DNA from: Phallusia mammillata
Taxonomy: Eukaryota
Direction of reading: 5' to 3'
Length of the DNA stretch: 64,000 bases
NCBI GenBank assembly: GCA_965637545.1
Contig: OZ281501.1
Span: 16,740,001-16,804,000, forward strand
Shown here: piece by piece, positions 12,301-24,610 of the stretch
Position numbering within the stretch: position 1 is the stretch's first letter
Layout of the letters: every line of letters begins with the position of its first letter
The notes under the pieces: model-generated
The model's input: only the letters and a program-made list of their open reading frames with translations
What the model was told of the DNA's origin: nothing
Database searches by the model: none
Position numbers and translations under genes: made by a program

Positions 12301-15300
12301 TTTTTGAAGTATTCCTCGTATGGGACGCACTGTCGGCAACGATCGAACAAGGGCTGGCGCAGAATCGAGCATTTCTCGTTGGCGCTGGTAGCTGAATGAG
12401 AAAAGGGTAAAAATGCGAAATATTTTTTTCGTAGATTTACGAGGTTACGGGCTGTTTCCTTTTTTGTATTAGGTGTGAAAAATATAAATAGCACAACTTT
12501 ATGGATGAAATTGTCTGATTTTCGTTCGGTTTTGGCCTGTCATATTTAGTGGTAGTTAGTAAACGCCAATAAACATGTTCAAACAAGTATAGCTTACACC
12601 GAAATTACGTGTTATTAAATACGCTTCAGTTCTTCTCAATTGCCCTAATACCCCCAAAGTTGACGCAAAATTAAAAGATCGAAGTAAAATGAATGCAAAT
12701 TTATTCAATTTCCTTTATTCTGCACATGTCACATTTTCATTAAGTAATTGTCTTATTTAGGATGCTCATTTATGGCGCTTGGACCAAATAGCAAGGTAAT
12801 CTACTTTTGTAAAACTTATGCTGTATCATGTTGCTTCAAAAAAGTAATATCCTCCAACTAACGAGAAACTAGCTATTTGCATCCCGTTTTCAAAACATGA
12901 AACGCCACAACTCCCCCGCAGAGAAAAGGGGGTCATAGCCTCTATGTGTGCACAAGGGGATTGTGGCGCAACTGACGCCGACTTATTTTTACCCACCTCC
13001 TTGGGAAAACAGCGTGCAGGCATCGTACGGTGTCGAAGTTGGATCGACGTCTGCACATGTAGCTGGGTATTTCCAGGAGTTGCCAAAAACAATTGGGGTA
13101 CCTTCCAGTCCGTTTTTGCAGTGAAAATCGTCAGTTGTTAAAGAATTGTACGTTCCAACCAGGCCACACATTTGATCTAAACGGAAAGGGTGAAGAATTT
13201 GTTTACGTGCTTTGCGGGTTTCGGTCTTCACGCTCATTTACTTTCGGGACATGGTCAGTTGCAAATGTATGCCCCACACAATGATTGATGCATTAGCGCA
13301 GCAGACGGGGGCGTCCGTTTTTGCCAAACAGCTTATAAACTACGTGCCGTTTTGAATAGATTGCACCGTTTTCTTCAAATTTGACAGTAAAATGGAATTT
13401 TGCACCCGAAGCTATGACGTGAATGGAAATATTCACCGGTCAAAACAGGACGCTTGTTTATTTGACTACCCGGTCGGATCTTGTTATTCTCGGCATTGTG
13501 CGTGGACCGTTATACTACGCTTTTGTGAACAACAGTACAATGAACGAACCTATACAACCTTTGGTTTGGTAAACAAGAATTCAGCTGTGATAATGCCCTG
13601 ATGCTTAAACTAGAAGGTGCAAACAAAACTTCGAGTAACGTGCTACGTACCCCGTACGGGGTAATAAAGTAGCCACTAGGGATATGGAGTAAAATTACTA
13701 TGTCCACTAGCTGCTACAGTTTCTATTAATTTTATTGGGCATTTTGGGCCTGAGCGTGTTATATATCTGCTGTGAAGAAAAACAAACTGTAAAATTAAAA
13801 TCGGTCCTCTTCGGGATGGAAAGCCATAATAACCTGTGTTGGCTTAACCAGCGGGAAAAGGCTAAATTTAAAAGTGATAAAAAACCATTTAATCGTTTAG
13901 TCTGCTGGTTTGCACTTTTGTGGTACAAAACACAGATGTTTTACGCCAAAGTGTAGCACTTACTTTTGTATTTTTTTGGGACAGTGAGTATGAGAGTTGA
14001 TCGTTGATTCCACAAGAGTTTAACTTGAGTATCCCGGATTGCAACTTCAATATACTCCGATGACAACTGACGTACTGAAAGATCACCTGAAACAAAAAAA
14101 ATATGTCGGGATCCAAACCACTATTTGCTGGTGAAAAAGTCTAAATATTTCTCAGCGATCTCTTAAGTTAGTTATAAAAAACTGTCCCGAAATTTTGATC
14201 GTCAAGCTACTCTTTGCACCATGTCAAAGGCAACTTCATTAAGTTTTTTGCAGAAAAATAAGTTTTAAAGCTATATTAATGTTCTCACCGTTGTTTGTTG
14301 GCAGGGTAACGTGCATGTGATTCTGGACCACGACCTCCCCGTCTTGACCAAGGATCACATAAAGATACGTATCCGGAAGAATGACTTGAACGCGCCTAAA
14401 AACACATTTTAATGTCAAAAAAGATATGGATTTAATACATATAAATAAACCTTCACCAATTCGGTCACGAAACAGTTGTTTGACTTTTGTGAACCAACAT
14501 TCTTTGTGATTTATGCCCAGTTTAGAAACGACTTACATTTTAGGACCTTGTTGTTTTTGTCCTATATACTTCTAGTTTTCGTCATTTTGTCGTTGCTTTC
14601 GTGCAACTAGTTTTACTTAACGTTTAAAATAATGACAGCAGTTTATATGTTGGTTTTGACTGGAAGAAAATCTTTACAAACCTGACACACGAGAACATAG
14701 AGCTTGAACCACAATGCTCAACCGTGACGTAAATGGAAAAGTCTGAAGTCTTCGCCCGACAATGCTCAGCAAATAGATACTGGCACGTGGTCCCAGGGAA
14801 GTCGTACCAGTTTCCATCCAAAGTTCGGAAGTGACCGAAACCGTTGGCAATCGCAACATCTAAATGTTAAAAAACATTTCCAAATAGTACTTTTGTAAAA
14901 CAGTAAAACAACACAACGTTTCGACAGATTCTGATTTTTTCTGTCCAATAACACATCAATTTTAAAAATCAGTTTTTTTCAAATAAGAGCGCCAGCATTA
15001 CACCCTTTTACAGCACTGTGTAAAGTATATTTAATACTTGCTTAATATATTTTTGATTGTCGTAACTTACCCATGATTGGACGTAGTTCGGCAACTTCCC
15101 ACATTCCACCGGCGCAAACACTAAAAACATTGAAAAGATATTGAGACATTTAAACATATTGAAAAATATATAAAAAAGCAATGCGAAACCATCTATCATT
15201 AATGCAGCACATCATATAGGTCTACTTTTATGCGTGAGGTAAACTTACAGCTTCTTGTTGGCTTGTTCACGTGTTTGTCCTACTTTATACTTAACACCCT

Positions 15301-18300
15301 CGTATGTACAAGGACATGCTTCTTTTGGTACACACATAGTACCAGACCAAAAGGTGTCTGGAAATTAAAATACAACAATAAGAATTGAAACTATTGTAGT
15401 TGTTATTCAAGTGCCCTGAACTGATTTATTGGCAGGTGTTTAGATGTTTGTTTACTTGGGCCTGTTCGTGTTCTGAGCAGTTGGACACTAAAACAATTCA
15501 AGGTATACGGGTTTTGGATGTAGGGTTGAGCTTATGCCATGTGCGAAACGTAATATTAGACAAGTTCATAAAACTTTAACATTTTTGTATTAAAGAAAAT
15601 TAAAACATTTTACGAAAGTGCGTTAAACACTTGTTTCTTAAACAAGTGTTTAACGCACTTTCGTAAACTTAAAACTCGTTTTACTAACTTTTAAAGTGTA
15701 TATCTTGGGTAAAATAATCAATATTCATAAAAAAATTCCACATTTTTACCTCCAGAACATTCGCAACCTTCAATGCATGCCTGGTCGCAGAAACCAGTGC
15801 CAAAGTTTTCACAGGATGCTGGACAACTGCTCGTGCATTCTGAGAAAACTTGATTGCCAGGGCATGTACGCTCTATAAAGACGAAGAAAAGCTTTAATTT
15901 CAAAACAACCAAACAGTTACAAAAGTCTAATTCGACATATCGATGATGCTTGTATTGCACTGTAACATACTTGAGTCAAAAAAAACTATTCATTCATTTT
16001 TTATAAAACGACGTGTAAATTTATCAATTTAAACTTCAAATTAACTTACTGCATGAAGTCCTAGTCCTCCATTCTCCCACCCGTCCACCTTCTGCCGCGC
16101 AACTGCGAGCGTACATTGAAACCACCGCGCAATGGCAGTCTGCTCTTTCTAAGTATTGACATTTGCACAAATCAAACATGCACTGTTGGTGGGTTCTGGC
16201 GGGGTTAATACGACGGTGGCAATCAGCAAAAGCTTTGGAAATTAAGACGTTGCAAATAGATTCGATTTCCTGACAGAAAAAAGTAATGTAGGTTTTGTTG
16301 CAATTCCAACATTTTGCAGCGTTTGTACATTACTATATGGTGAGCTAAAAAAGGTTAACAGTTCTGGCATTAGGTTCTAAACAGCGAGGTTCGGAATGGC
16401 AGTACAGCAACAGCTTTGAATCGAAACACAATCTTTTAAAAAAGTACAAACAACTTAGGATTAGTAAGTGATTTTAGACCATTGAAACGGTAATACATTT
16501 TAGATGTCGTAAGGTTAGGAATGTTTAAATGAATTTTTTTACTTAATCTTTGCATTTGTCTATTTTGATTTTACTTTGTATAAAATTAAACCAGATGTGT
16601 CTTACTGGAGTGGAGTGATTTGCACACTTTTCGTCGATTTCGCTTGGAGTTGTGCAAACCTCCCCGATGTCCTCAACTACCAATGATTGCAACTCTAATT
16701 GCTTAGCAAACCATTTGTTTGGATAGTATCTACTTTTCCTCTTTCCTTGGGTCGATTCTAGACCAAAAAACAAAGTTATGTTGTAAAAATACAGTCACAA
16801 GAAATGCAAAGCAAAGGGTATCCCGCTTTTGTTTTGCACTATTTTTCGAACTTAGTGTAATGTTTAAAACATTTCTTTGTTACAAATATATTTGTTGTGA
16901 TTTTATACCTAAAGAAACCAACCAACACATATATGTTTCTTCCAATGTGAATAAATGGCAAATGGATATAAAAAATTTAACGTCCAATTAGATACATAAA
17001 CTGATTTTTCACCGATTTTTTGTTACTTATTTTGGATAAACCAAAGTTCAGGTGTTATCACATTATACCTGAAGTGTTACTTGAAACAGGTAGATATTCT
17101 CCGCAAAGACCTTCCAATTTTCCGGCCACACTCTCGTCCGGTTTAAAGAAAATTGAGAAGTGTTCTTTGTCGATCTCCAACACATGGTCATCGAACATAA
17201 CGTATATGTAGTTGTCGTTATCCGCAATCGAATAATGGTTGTAGGAGGTTGGAAGCTCCGCGCTGGTTTGGTATAAATTTTGTATAAATTAAAACATTAC
17301 AAACCTTTTAAAAGGTAAGTATATACCAAAACAAAAAGAAATGTCACAAAAATCTATGGATAAACTCTACGGAACGAAGATACAAGATATGTTAAATAGT
17401 TTTTCAAAATATAACTTTTGTAAGTATAAGTTTGATAAAAAAACATTTTGTAAACGGTTTGAAGCAAAAATATTATTATTTCGCACATGATTAGGTAAAC
17501 AAGCGATGTCAAATTTTAAGCTTGACAATATCTTATTAGTACGAGACAAACAAGCGCCGTGCCAATGCCTTATGTGGCTTGTTTTACCATCTGACAGGCA
17601 ACATACTTTTTTTTCAAAATATGATATTAAAAAACGAAACAAATTCCCAAGAAAACGGATTAAAAAAGTTCGAAATATAAAAAAAGTTATCGTCAGTTCT
17701 TTAAACAAAAATCTGTTTTTTCATCATACCGGTGACCTCCGGTAAAAACTTCTCCATGATCGGTAATTATTACTTGATCGACGGCCCCTTCACTGATTGA
17801 CACATTGGCTACACATGAACTAGCGGTGTTTGCACACTCCTTATGCATTCGTACAAGAATCTGTGGGAAAAATAAAGCACTGTTATTGTAAATACTGCAT
17901 TAGCGTATTTGCGTGAAAAAAGTATTGTAGTGTTACCGCGAAGTTAATCAATCTAAAAAAGTTTTAAATTTATATTTATAACTTTTACGTCTGTTAAACT
18001 CACCGTTATTATATTGAACGTAACAAGCAATTGTTAGTAATTCTCTAGTAATTTATTCGTTGCAGAATTGTGAATAAAATTTTCTTTTCGATGACATCAT
18101 ATGGTGAAAATGACACCAGTAGCAAGTTTCATAAAAACCAAATGGAATAATCGCCAAAACGTTTTGTACTCACTTCGAAAGATCCATCCGTAACCATGTC
18201 AACGGTTTTTGACAGTATGTACTGGCATGTGCCGTAGAAATCGTACGTTTCACCGCTAAACGTCTCACCGTGACCCAAACCATATAAGGAGCATTCTCTT

Positions 18301-20483
18301 CTGGAGCTAGTGCTGCTTGACCTAGGTGGTTTGGAATCACTAAATTCGTCATGCGAAGCTGTAATACAAAACATAAAAAATGTCAAAGTTCTGTTTCATG
18401 GTTAATGCAAATTCATTATACTTACTGTATGAACATCGATATCCAAGATAGCCGGGTGAGCAGGCACAATATTCCAAACCAGCGCATGTGCCATCGTTGT
18501 AACAGAAATCATCATCGCCTGTACAGTTTGCTGTAAAACAAAAGCATTGTAAAATTAATTTAGTTGTAGACAACACGGTTAGTTTTTCGGATGTGGACTC
18601 TACCGTTTAAAACGCTTTAAAAATTGCGATTGTAGTAAATACAACTGTACATATGATTATTCCAAAAAAAAAATGCTAGTTTTTTCTAGTTGCAGGTATT
18701 TTTTATTGTTTATATTCCTTGTCTAAAGTAAAAAATATTTTAAAATACACAGCAAAATTCTAAAATGAATGAGAAATACCAACCTCGTAACTATTTTGTC
18801 AACATTTTAAATAAAACTTACGAGTCAACTTGGTTTCGTAGTAGATCGAAAATCCCTTGTAAGCAATTGCGGAATCTGATACGAACTGCACAGTCGCTTT
18901 ATTTTCTGTCGTTTCCATCTCTACCCCACTGGGAAGTTCATTTCCACATAGTTTGTTCTGCCACATGCGTACACCAGAAACCCGCAGATAATCGTTTCTG
19001 TAAGTTAAAGCACAAAACAGTTACAGAATATCGTCCTAATTATAACAATATGTGTTTATTGTGCCAATCCGCAAAGGACTTGTTATTGTAAAGTACAGAA
19101 AATAATAATACATTATAATGTATACTGTAGACACAATTTGGGAATCATGGACTGTTCAAATTTTTTTTAGTAGATGCCGATTCGCGACGATACCTGGTTC
19201 GTAGCGCGAAACATTTCAACACAAATACCCTCGCGTTCTCATGGCAAGTCCACACAAAAATAGTCGACAAGGCTGTATACTTGTTGATTTAACTTGCTCC
19301 TATTTTACCTGCATTCTGATGATGACTGGAGTTTAAAGTAATCTACATTTAACACGATAGTGTGTCCTACAGGAGCAACGATGGTCCAAGTGCAATTGGC
19401 ATTGCTGGAATATTCAGCAGGGTAGTTGGGTGATGCGATTTGCCCTGTAGGTTCCGTTAATGTTCCCCCGCAGGCTGTAAAAAAAAAGTCGCGTACATGT
19501 TGAGAACCTGGCTCTAGGTAATTCCCCGTTTACACCAATAGATTAGTTGTATATTGTGCGCTTTTGGTTTAAGTTGTTGGTAGCAGTACGCACCGAAAAA
19601 AAAAATCTGCAAGCTTTCTAGACACATTTTTACTACTTGTAAATTTAAGTCGACCGTAAATACGCCACACACTTAAGCTGTGTTAAACCAATTTAGCAAA
19701 AAAATACCAACACTTACGTGTTTCAAATAGGGGTAGCCTACATGTAAAATAGCCACCAATTGTTTTACTTACGCTTTAGCTTATGTTACATTACAAGTTA
19801 TGTTTTAAAAGGTTTTCACAGAATAGATTTAAATAAATTATTAGCACTTACGACAAGGTCCTTCATCGCACGCTTTCGAATCCATTCCATCAAGAGGTGG
19901 ACAGTTCCCTGACAAACATCTTCGTATTCTTTCCTGTGTTCCCATGCCACAGGTTGGGCTGCATGGGGACCATGGACCCCAATCAGCCCACTCTATCGTT
20001 TCTGAAACTGTCAGGTAAACGGAAATTGCGCATAAGCTTGCGTTGCCAGAAGAAATAAAACTACCAAAACATAAATAATAAGCCTTTCATTAAGAAACTA
20101 TTAATTAATGCAGTGGTCTGTTATTACCTTGAAGCACTTGTTGGTTTCATCCACGTTATGTTTTAAAAAGGATTCCGCATTGCCTTTTGCAGAAAAGAGC
20201 AACAAATAAGATAGTTGTACTTACCACAAGGCCCTTCATTGCACACTTCAGCTTCTATTCCATCAAGAGGTGGACAGTTTCCTGTCGAGCATATTCGCAT
20301 CCTTTCCCGTGTTCCCATTCCACAGGTTTGGCTGCAAGGAGACCATGCACCCCATGAAGTCCATTTAACCGGTACGTTGGGAGGCCCATTGTCAAACAGA
20401 TCGGGAAGATTGAAACCAGGAAACTGCGCTTGAGCTTGTCTAGACACAAAGAAAATCACCACAGCCCAACGCAGAACCCACAT
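312..20483 (-). CDS. Gene A: secreted vWF/gel-forming-mucin-like protein (SP-TSP1-TSP1-CUB-EGF-D1-D2-D'-D3-degenerate CysD-Cys-rich repeats); 3' end lies left of the window
   Basis: 38 GT-AG exons joined in phase by hand (6132 nt, about 2044 codons): 20225-20483, 19852-20007, 19309-19474, 18822-18997, 18426-18530, 18174-18358, 17730-17860, 17069-17262, 16606-16757, 16050-16269, 15750-15872, 15249-15357, 15071-15120, 14682-14859, 14289-14395, 13964-14086, 12997-13176, 12176-12391, 10812-10940, 10459-10570, 10116-10156, 7514-7648, 7243-7369, 6564-6819, 5909-6118, 5545-5778, 5319-5475, 5112-5247, 4772-4860, 4399-4619, 4077-4253, 3668-3851, 3233-3457, 2599-2789, 2116-2199, 1652-1829, 851-1075, 312-502. 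VWD, C8 and TIL motifs are recognisable throughout. Confidence 0.9.
1291..1416. mobile_element. Short inverted-repeat element (MITE-like)
   Basis: AGAAATTTCCACCGGTTAGCAACTATT ... AATAGTTGCTTACCGGTGGAAATTTCT, about 27-bp arms with 1 mismatch. No clear TSD. Confidence 0.55.
2911..3050. repeat. About 30-bp minisatellite, about 5 degenerate copies (about 2 copies in the paralogous intron at 619-670)
   Basis: Repeated AAGAAA(A)ATTCACATACAC..GTTAACCT units. Confidence 0.7.
4772..18358 (-). CDS. Gene A D1-D2-D'-D3 assemblies (VWD-C8-TIL-E)
   Basis: VWD starts CSLYGLGHGETFSG, NGFGHFRTLDGNWYDF and GGMYFTTFDGKKFDFRGAC. GLCG-type motifs LEGLCG, MCGLVG and TCGLCG. FGNSW motifs. C8 motifs CHCAVVSMYARSC, CMCDVISAYAHEC and CECFCSSVADYAHDC. 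Confidence 0.9.
15609..15667. repeat. Perfect 28-bp inverted repeat with 3-nt loop (intronic)
   Basis: TTTACGAAAGTGCGTTAAACACTTGTTT-CTT-AAACAAGTGTTTAACGCACTTTCGTAAA. Confidence 0.9.
18426..18530 (-). CDS. Gene A EGF-like exon
   Basis: CTGDDDFCYNDGTCAGLEYCACSPGYLGYRC: six Cys with EGF spacing in a phase 1-1 exon. Confidence 0.85.
18822..19474 (-). CDS. Gene A CUB domain (2 exons)
   Basis: CGGTLTEPTGQIASPNYPAEYSSNANCTWTIVAP..FKLQSSSECRNDYLRV..KLCGNELP..VQFVSDSAIAYKGFSIYY matches the CUB consensus. Confidence 0.9.
19852..20483 (-). CDS. Gene A exons 1-2: signal peptide plus two thrombospondin type-1 repeats
   Basis: MWVLRWAVVIFFVSRQAQA-Q is signal-like. It is followed by WTSWGAWSPCSQTCGMGTRERMRICSTGNC..CNEGPC and WADWGPWSPCSPTCGMGTQERIRRCLSGNC..CDEGPC, both with the WxxWxxW, CSxTCG and RxR motifs. 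Confidence 0.9.
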
Positions 20484-23400
20484 AACGTTTCGTTTAGCTT
20501 GAACCCGCAGCAATGACAAGAATTTCGCGCGCAACTGACAAACGCCAAAATGCACTGATGCCGTCCACAGGAGTAGCACCAGTTTAAGTACAGAGAGCAG
20601 TTGTCAATCTACGCCCAAACAATAGTTGCTGCAGACAATAGGCGTCCCCCTTTTTTGTGTTGGGGCTTCCCAAACTTTCGTTCAGTTCTCCGAAATGCTT
20701 TGCATCGCTTCATCTGTGTGGGTGAGGTAATATTACAAAGAACGAAACGAGAAAACGCAAAACTTGGGGAATTTTGTCTCCCACTCAAAATGCTCAAAAG
20801 TTACAAAAAGGGCCTATTATATGTATACAGTACAAATCCTTGGGGGAACTAACGACAATTTTCGAAAGATTATCTACTACAAACAGATCCCGGTGTCAAA
20901 AATTGGATTCTTTCTATTTTTTACTAACTTTGTTTGTAATGGGGTTAGTCTACCGGTAAAGCTACCTTTGCAATGAAAGGTTTGGGTATCGTACAATAGG
21001 ACACTTTGCATGTTACAAATCTCATGTACATAAAGCGATTTAAAACGGTGTTTTCCAATAATATCTGGTCTTGTACGTTTTTATTACTGTTCGGTTCCTG
21101 GTATATACAAAATTGCCGGGTAGGGAGCGAAGTTTTATTGGTGTTTTCCTTTTTATTTCATCTGGGGGAGTTCCAGGTCACCTTTATTTGCATTTCAGTC
21201 ACCATAGAGGTTTTTTAACTTTTGCAAAAAAGCCACTCCACTAGAATTACAGGAGAAAATAACCCTTACACATATATATTACATCTAAAACGGGCTGCTT
21301 AACGAGCTCCCAGAGGTTTTACCGGAATTCGTAACTTAAACCAGCGTTTTCTATTGCCACCATTGTAAGTGTCCTGTGAACATTTCGGTAACAAAGAATG
21401 CAACTATTAACTCATTTTTGGGGTTGAGTGACAAAACAAGGGTGTGCGTGAAAACGCTAGATCGCATTTTTTATTTATTACCAAAAGCAGACGTACATAC
21501 CACATTTAATATTAATATCTGAACATATTCTTTGTGTTTGTGCACAGTTTACCACGAAAAAATGTACTTTCTCATTGTGCGCATTGAAAAATGCAACTTG
21601 AAAAGCGTAAGAAATTCCGTAAAAGTGTTTTCTCAGCAACCTTGAGGCGGTTAATTCAGGAGTTTAGGTTTTTAGAAAAAATGTTTAACTTTTTAAACGA
21701 CCAATAATGTGTTTAAGTTTACTAAAACATTTCCTTGTCCAAAGGTCTATTCTGTGTATATAAATAAGCTAGGTCTTTAATTACTAAAAAGCTCAAAGAA
21801 AAATACACATAAAATGCTCGCTTTGAATTGACCACTAGACGATGGGTGGCATGAGCGCTTATATTCTTTTTTTCTTTTTTTTTGCTCTAATTGAGAAAAT
21901 AGTGGGAAATATAAATAATAAAGATAAAAATAGAGGACGCAAAAAAATGGGCCACAGAAATAGATAGGAAATGCAAAGATACATAAAACTTGACCTAAAA
22001 CTACAAATATGTTCAAAAAGTTTTCTTGCTATTGGACTATTCAGATCATTTTATTAATAACGCCACCAAACCAAAAACGTTCGATCCAAATGAACACATA
22101 ACTTACTCTCCAAACACTTTCGAGTCGCTTCACAGCCAACACTCTGTGGTCCTTCGCGAAATCAGCGAATGTGGTAGACATAACTGAATGCTAAACACGC
22201 AAAGCAAATCAACTATCAACAATTCGCTGACATCTTACTCTCTACCAATGTCAGACAGTCACCCCGGCAGCAAGTCAGGCGTAACAGCGAGAATCCAACG
22301 CATTTCCACCTGCGGACCGAGGCGTATTTTTCCGGGGGGATGAAACGTCATTGCGCCACCCTAAAGCTCGTTTGTCACGCTAAACTGACGTTATCTAATT
22401 ACTTTGCATTCCTAGACTTAGAACGCTAATGCAAATCATACGATGATTTGGATTTTTCATCCAGCTTGATTCAGATTCAATAAAGTCTTCGGCTGTTTTA
22501 TGTAAACAATATACTAAAAAGCAAATTCATGTCAGTTAGTAAAACGTATCGGGACCGTTTGTAGGCTGTATAGTAAGCAAAGGGCAAGCAAGTCTTATTA
22601 CGGATGTTCAAAATAAATTGAACATAATTAGGCTTCACTATGTATAACGCTTCAATTTGTTGCACACCAAATGCACATATATTGAGTAACAACTACCAGT
22701 AAAATTCAAGTGATTTTAGCCGCATTGTACGGTAGCAGAAAAAAATCGCCGATCTTATCTGACACAAGTAAAACCTGGGTTTGCTCGCTTACACTGCCCG
22801 GAGACAGCTACGTGGGTCAAACTTCATTTTAAATCTAAACGTCTCTGCGAGCTGCACAACCTCTGTTCTATTGCCTCCATTTGGCGTTACGGCGGCAGGT
22901 TGTACACACTGTCGTACCCAATTTATTTGGTGATAATAGAGTTAATATAACCAAATTAATGCAAATCAGCATTTTTAAACAAACAATATTTGGGGCTCTT
23001 AATAAGGCTACGTTTTTGTGAAGTGCAAATACAGTAAAAGTAGAGATATGGCAGACACCAAGTAGAATGTAGACAAGACCTAGTTGTCTCATGAATTTGT
23101 AGGCACCACATCAATTTACCGCAATACCTTTAAAGGTTCGCCGATTCTGTAACCACTAGGTGTGTTTAGCAGATCTTGCGCGACGACTCTGTGCAACGGG
23201 GCGCTCAAGCTTAACGTGTCTGACCGCAAGTTTGTACAGCAACGCTATCAACCCTTGTAATCGTATTTGTTGGTAAACACCAAAGTATTTCTCTGCAGGG
23301 GTCCATACATTCTTTATACATTCGTCACCAGTTTCGGTTTAAATAGTCCGTTTGTAGTTTGTTTTGGATCACTGACAGTGGTCCGATATGGTGGTTTTGT

Positions 23401-23808
23401 CTAAAGGGAACCAAATATAGCAACCCGTGCCCTTAAAAAGGTTGTCTTAGGTTTCTTACATTAGTATTACTAGAGTGAACTTCTTCATACTAAAGCATAA
23501 CTATCAGTCATTGGAACAGCATTGCAACAGGGTTGCGAAAATGCGTATGGTATTTTTGGGGGTTTCGATTTGTAGATTTTTGAGCGTTTCGTAATTCAGT
23601 GAAGCATTTTAATTCCAGTGCTTAGGGAATATTTATTTTGTCATCTATATTTTTAGGTGTTCGTGTGGTTGGTGACCTATTTTCGATATCCTAAATTTTA
23701 AAACGTTCGTCTTCATATTTATTTTTTACCAGTTGTTTTTTCATACGTTTTAATTCCATTGGACTGCGCTAATGGCCAGAAAAATAAGGCAAATGCGATT
23801 TTCAGCGG

Positions 23809-24193
23809 GTATTGCTTTTCCAGCAGTTTTATTATAAATACCCGACGTTTCGATGTCCCATACGAGACGCCTTCACCAGGATAACGGCGGTTATTTCCAG
23901 TGCCAGATCAATGGGTACCTTGGTGATGTCAAGTCAAATGATACCAACGATTCGTCGTCACACAATGGCTGTTGCGCTGTAACAGCTTTCACAAACACAC
24001 CGGTGTATTTCACGGTAAGTTCCGTGTTTCTCACCAACGGCGCCGTGTACAAATCTGTCGAGTTTGTGAAAACTGTTACAGCGCAACAGCCATTGTGTGA
24101 CGACGAATCGTTGGTATCATTTGACTTGACATCACCAAGGTACCCACTGATCTGGCACTGGAAATAACCGCCGTTATCCTGGTGAAGGCGTCT
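23809..24193 (-). mobile_element. Fold-back element with variant Penelope-type hammerhead motif (intergenic)
   Basis: 132-bp arms 23865-23996 and 24062-24193 (about 2 mismatches) around a 65-bp spacer. The minus strand reads CCTGGTGA-A-GGCGTC-TCGTATGG-GACATC-GAAACGTC then AATAAAACTGCTGG. Homologous to the 26-kb element. Confidence 0.75.
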
Positions 24194-24604
24194 TTCATTG
24201 GTGCCAGTTTCTGCACAAGCTTTTCATCGCTGTAGTTGTGTGTGTGTTGATGCTTTTGTCGCATTGTTAGAACTGTGTCTTTCAAGATACCACTGGAAGA
24301 GCAAAAATCGTTTGTTAAAAAAAAATTTTCTGTTTTTAAAACATTAAACCTACATTTTTTATCAAAATCACTATGTTTCCCAGCACACCGTCGATAATGC
24401 TCGCCATAATATTATTCATTCTATTAGTTTCGTAAGATACTTTTAAAATTAAGTCACGTTTGTGAAATAAAAGAAACAGATTTAGAAGCAAAGGCTCAGC
24501 TTTATTTGATGTAACAGTAGCAAGCGCTGACGTCCCACAAGGCGAACACAATGAACATGTTATTCGGAATATTCGTTCCATATTGCACAATTACAAAAAA
24601 ATCA

Positions 24605-24610
24605 TTTATT
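24605..24610 (-). terminator. Candidate AATAAA polyadenylation signal for gene B
   Basis: TTTATT on the plus strand about 460 nt downstream of the stop codon; an alternative lies at 24501-24506. Positional evidence only. Confidence 0.3.

Noticed and set aside
16725-16745. KRKSR basic cluster in gene A VWD1
   Set aside because: Only a minimal RxxR, inside a D domain and not conserved in the equivalent gene B exon; no support for processing.
19315-19321. CTGATGA / TCATCAG matches at 19315, 7526, 38613, 45974 and 49739
   Set aside because: All lie inside coding exons and lack a stem II-GAAA partner, so they are not ribozymes.
22868-23092. 74-aa ATG-initiated ORF with a hydrophobic N-terminus (MRQLGLVYILLGVC..) between the two genes
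   Set aside because: No recognisable motif and AT-rich, intron-like composition; ORFs this long arise by chance. It would need expression evidence.
23853-24285. 104-aa plus-strand and 69-aa minus-strand ORFs
   Set aside because: They are by-products of the inverted repeat and show no homology I can recognise.
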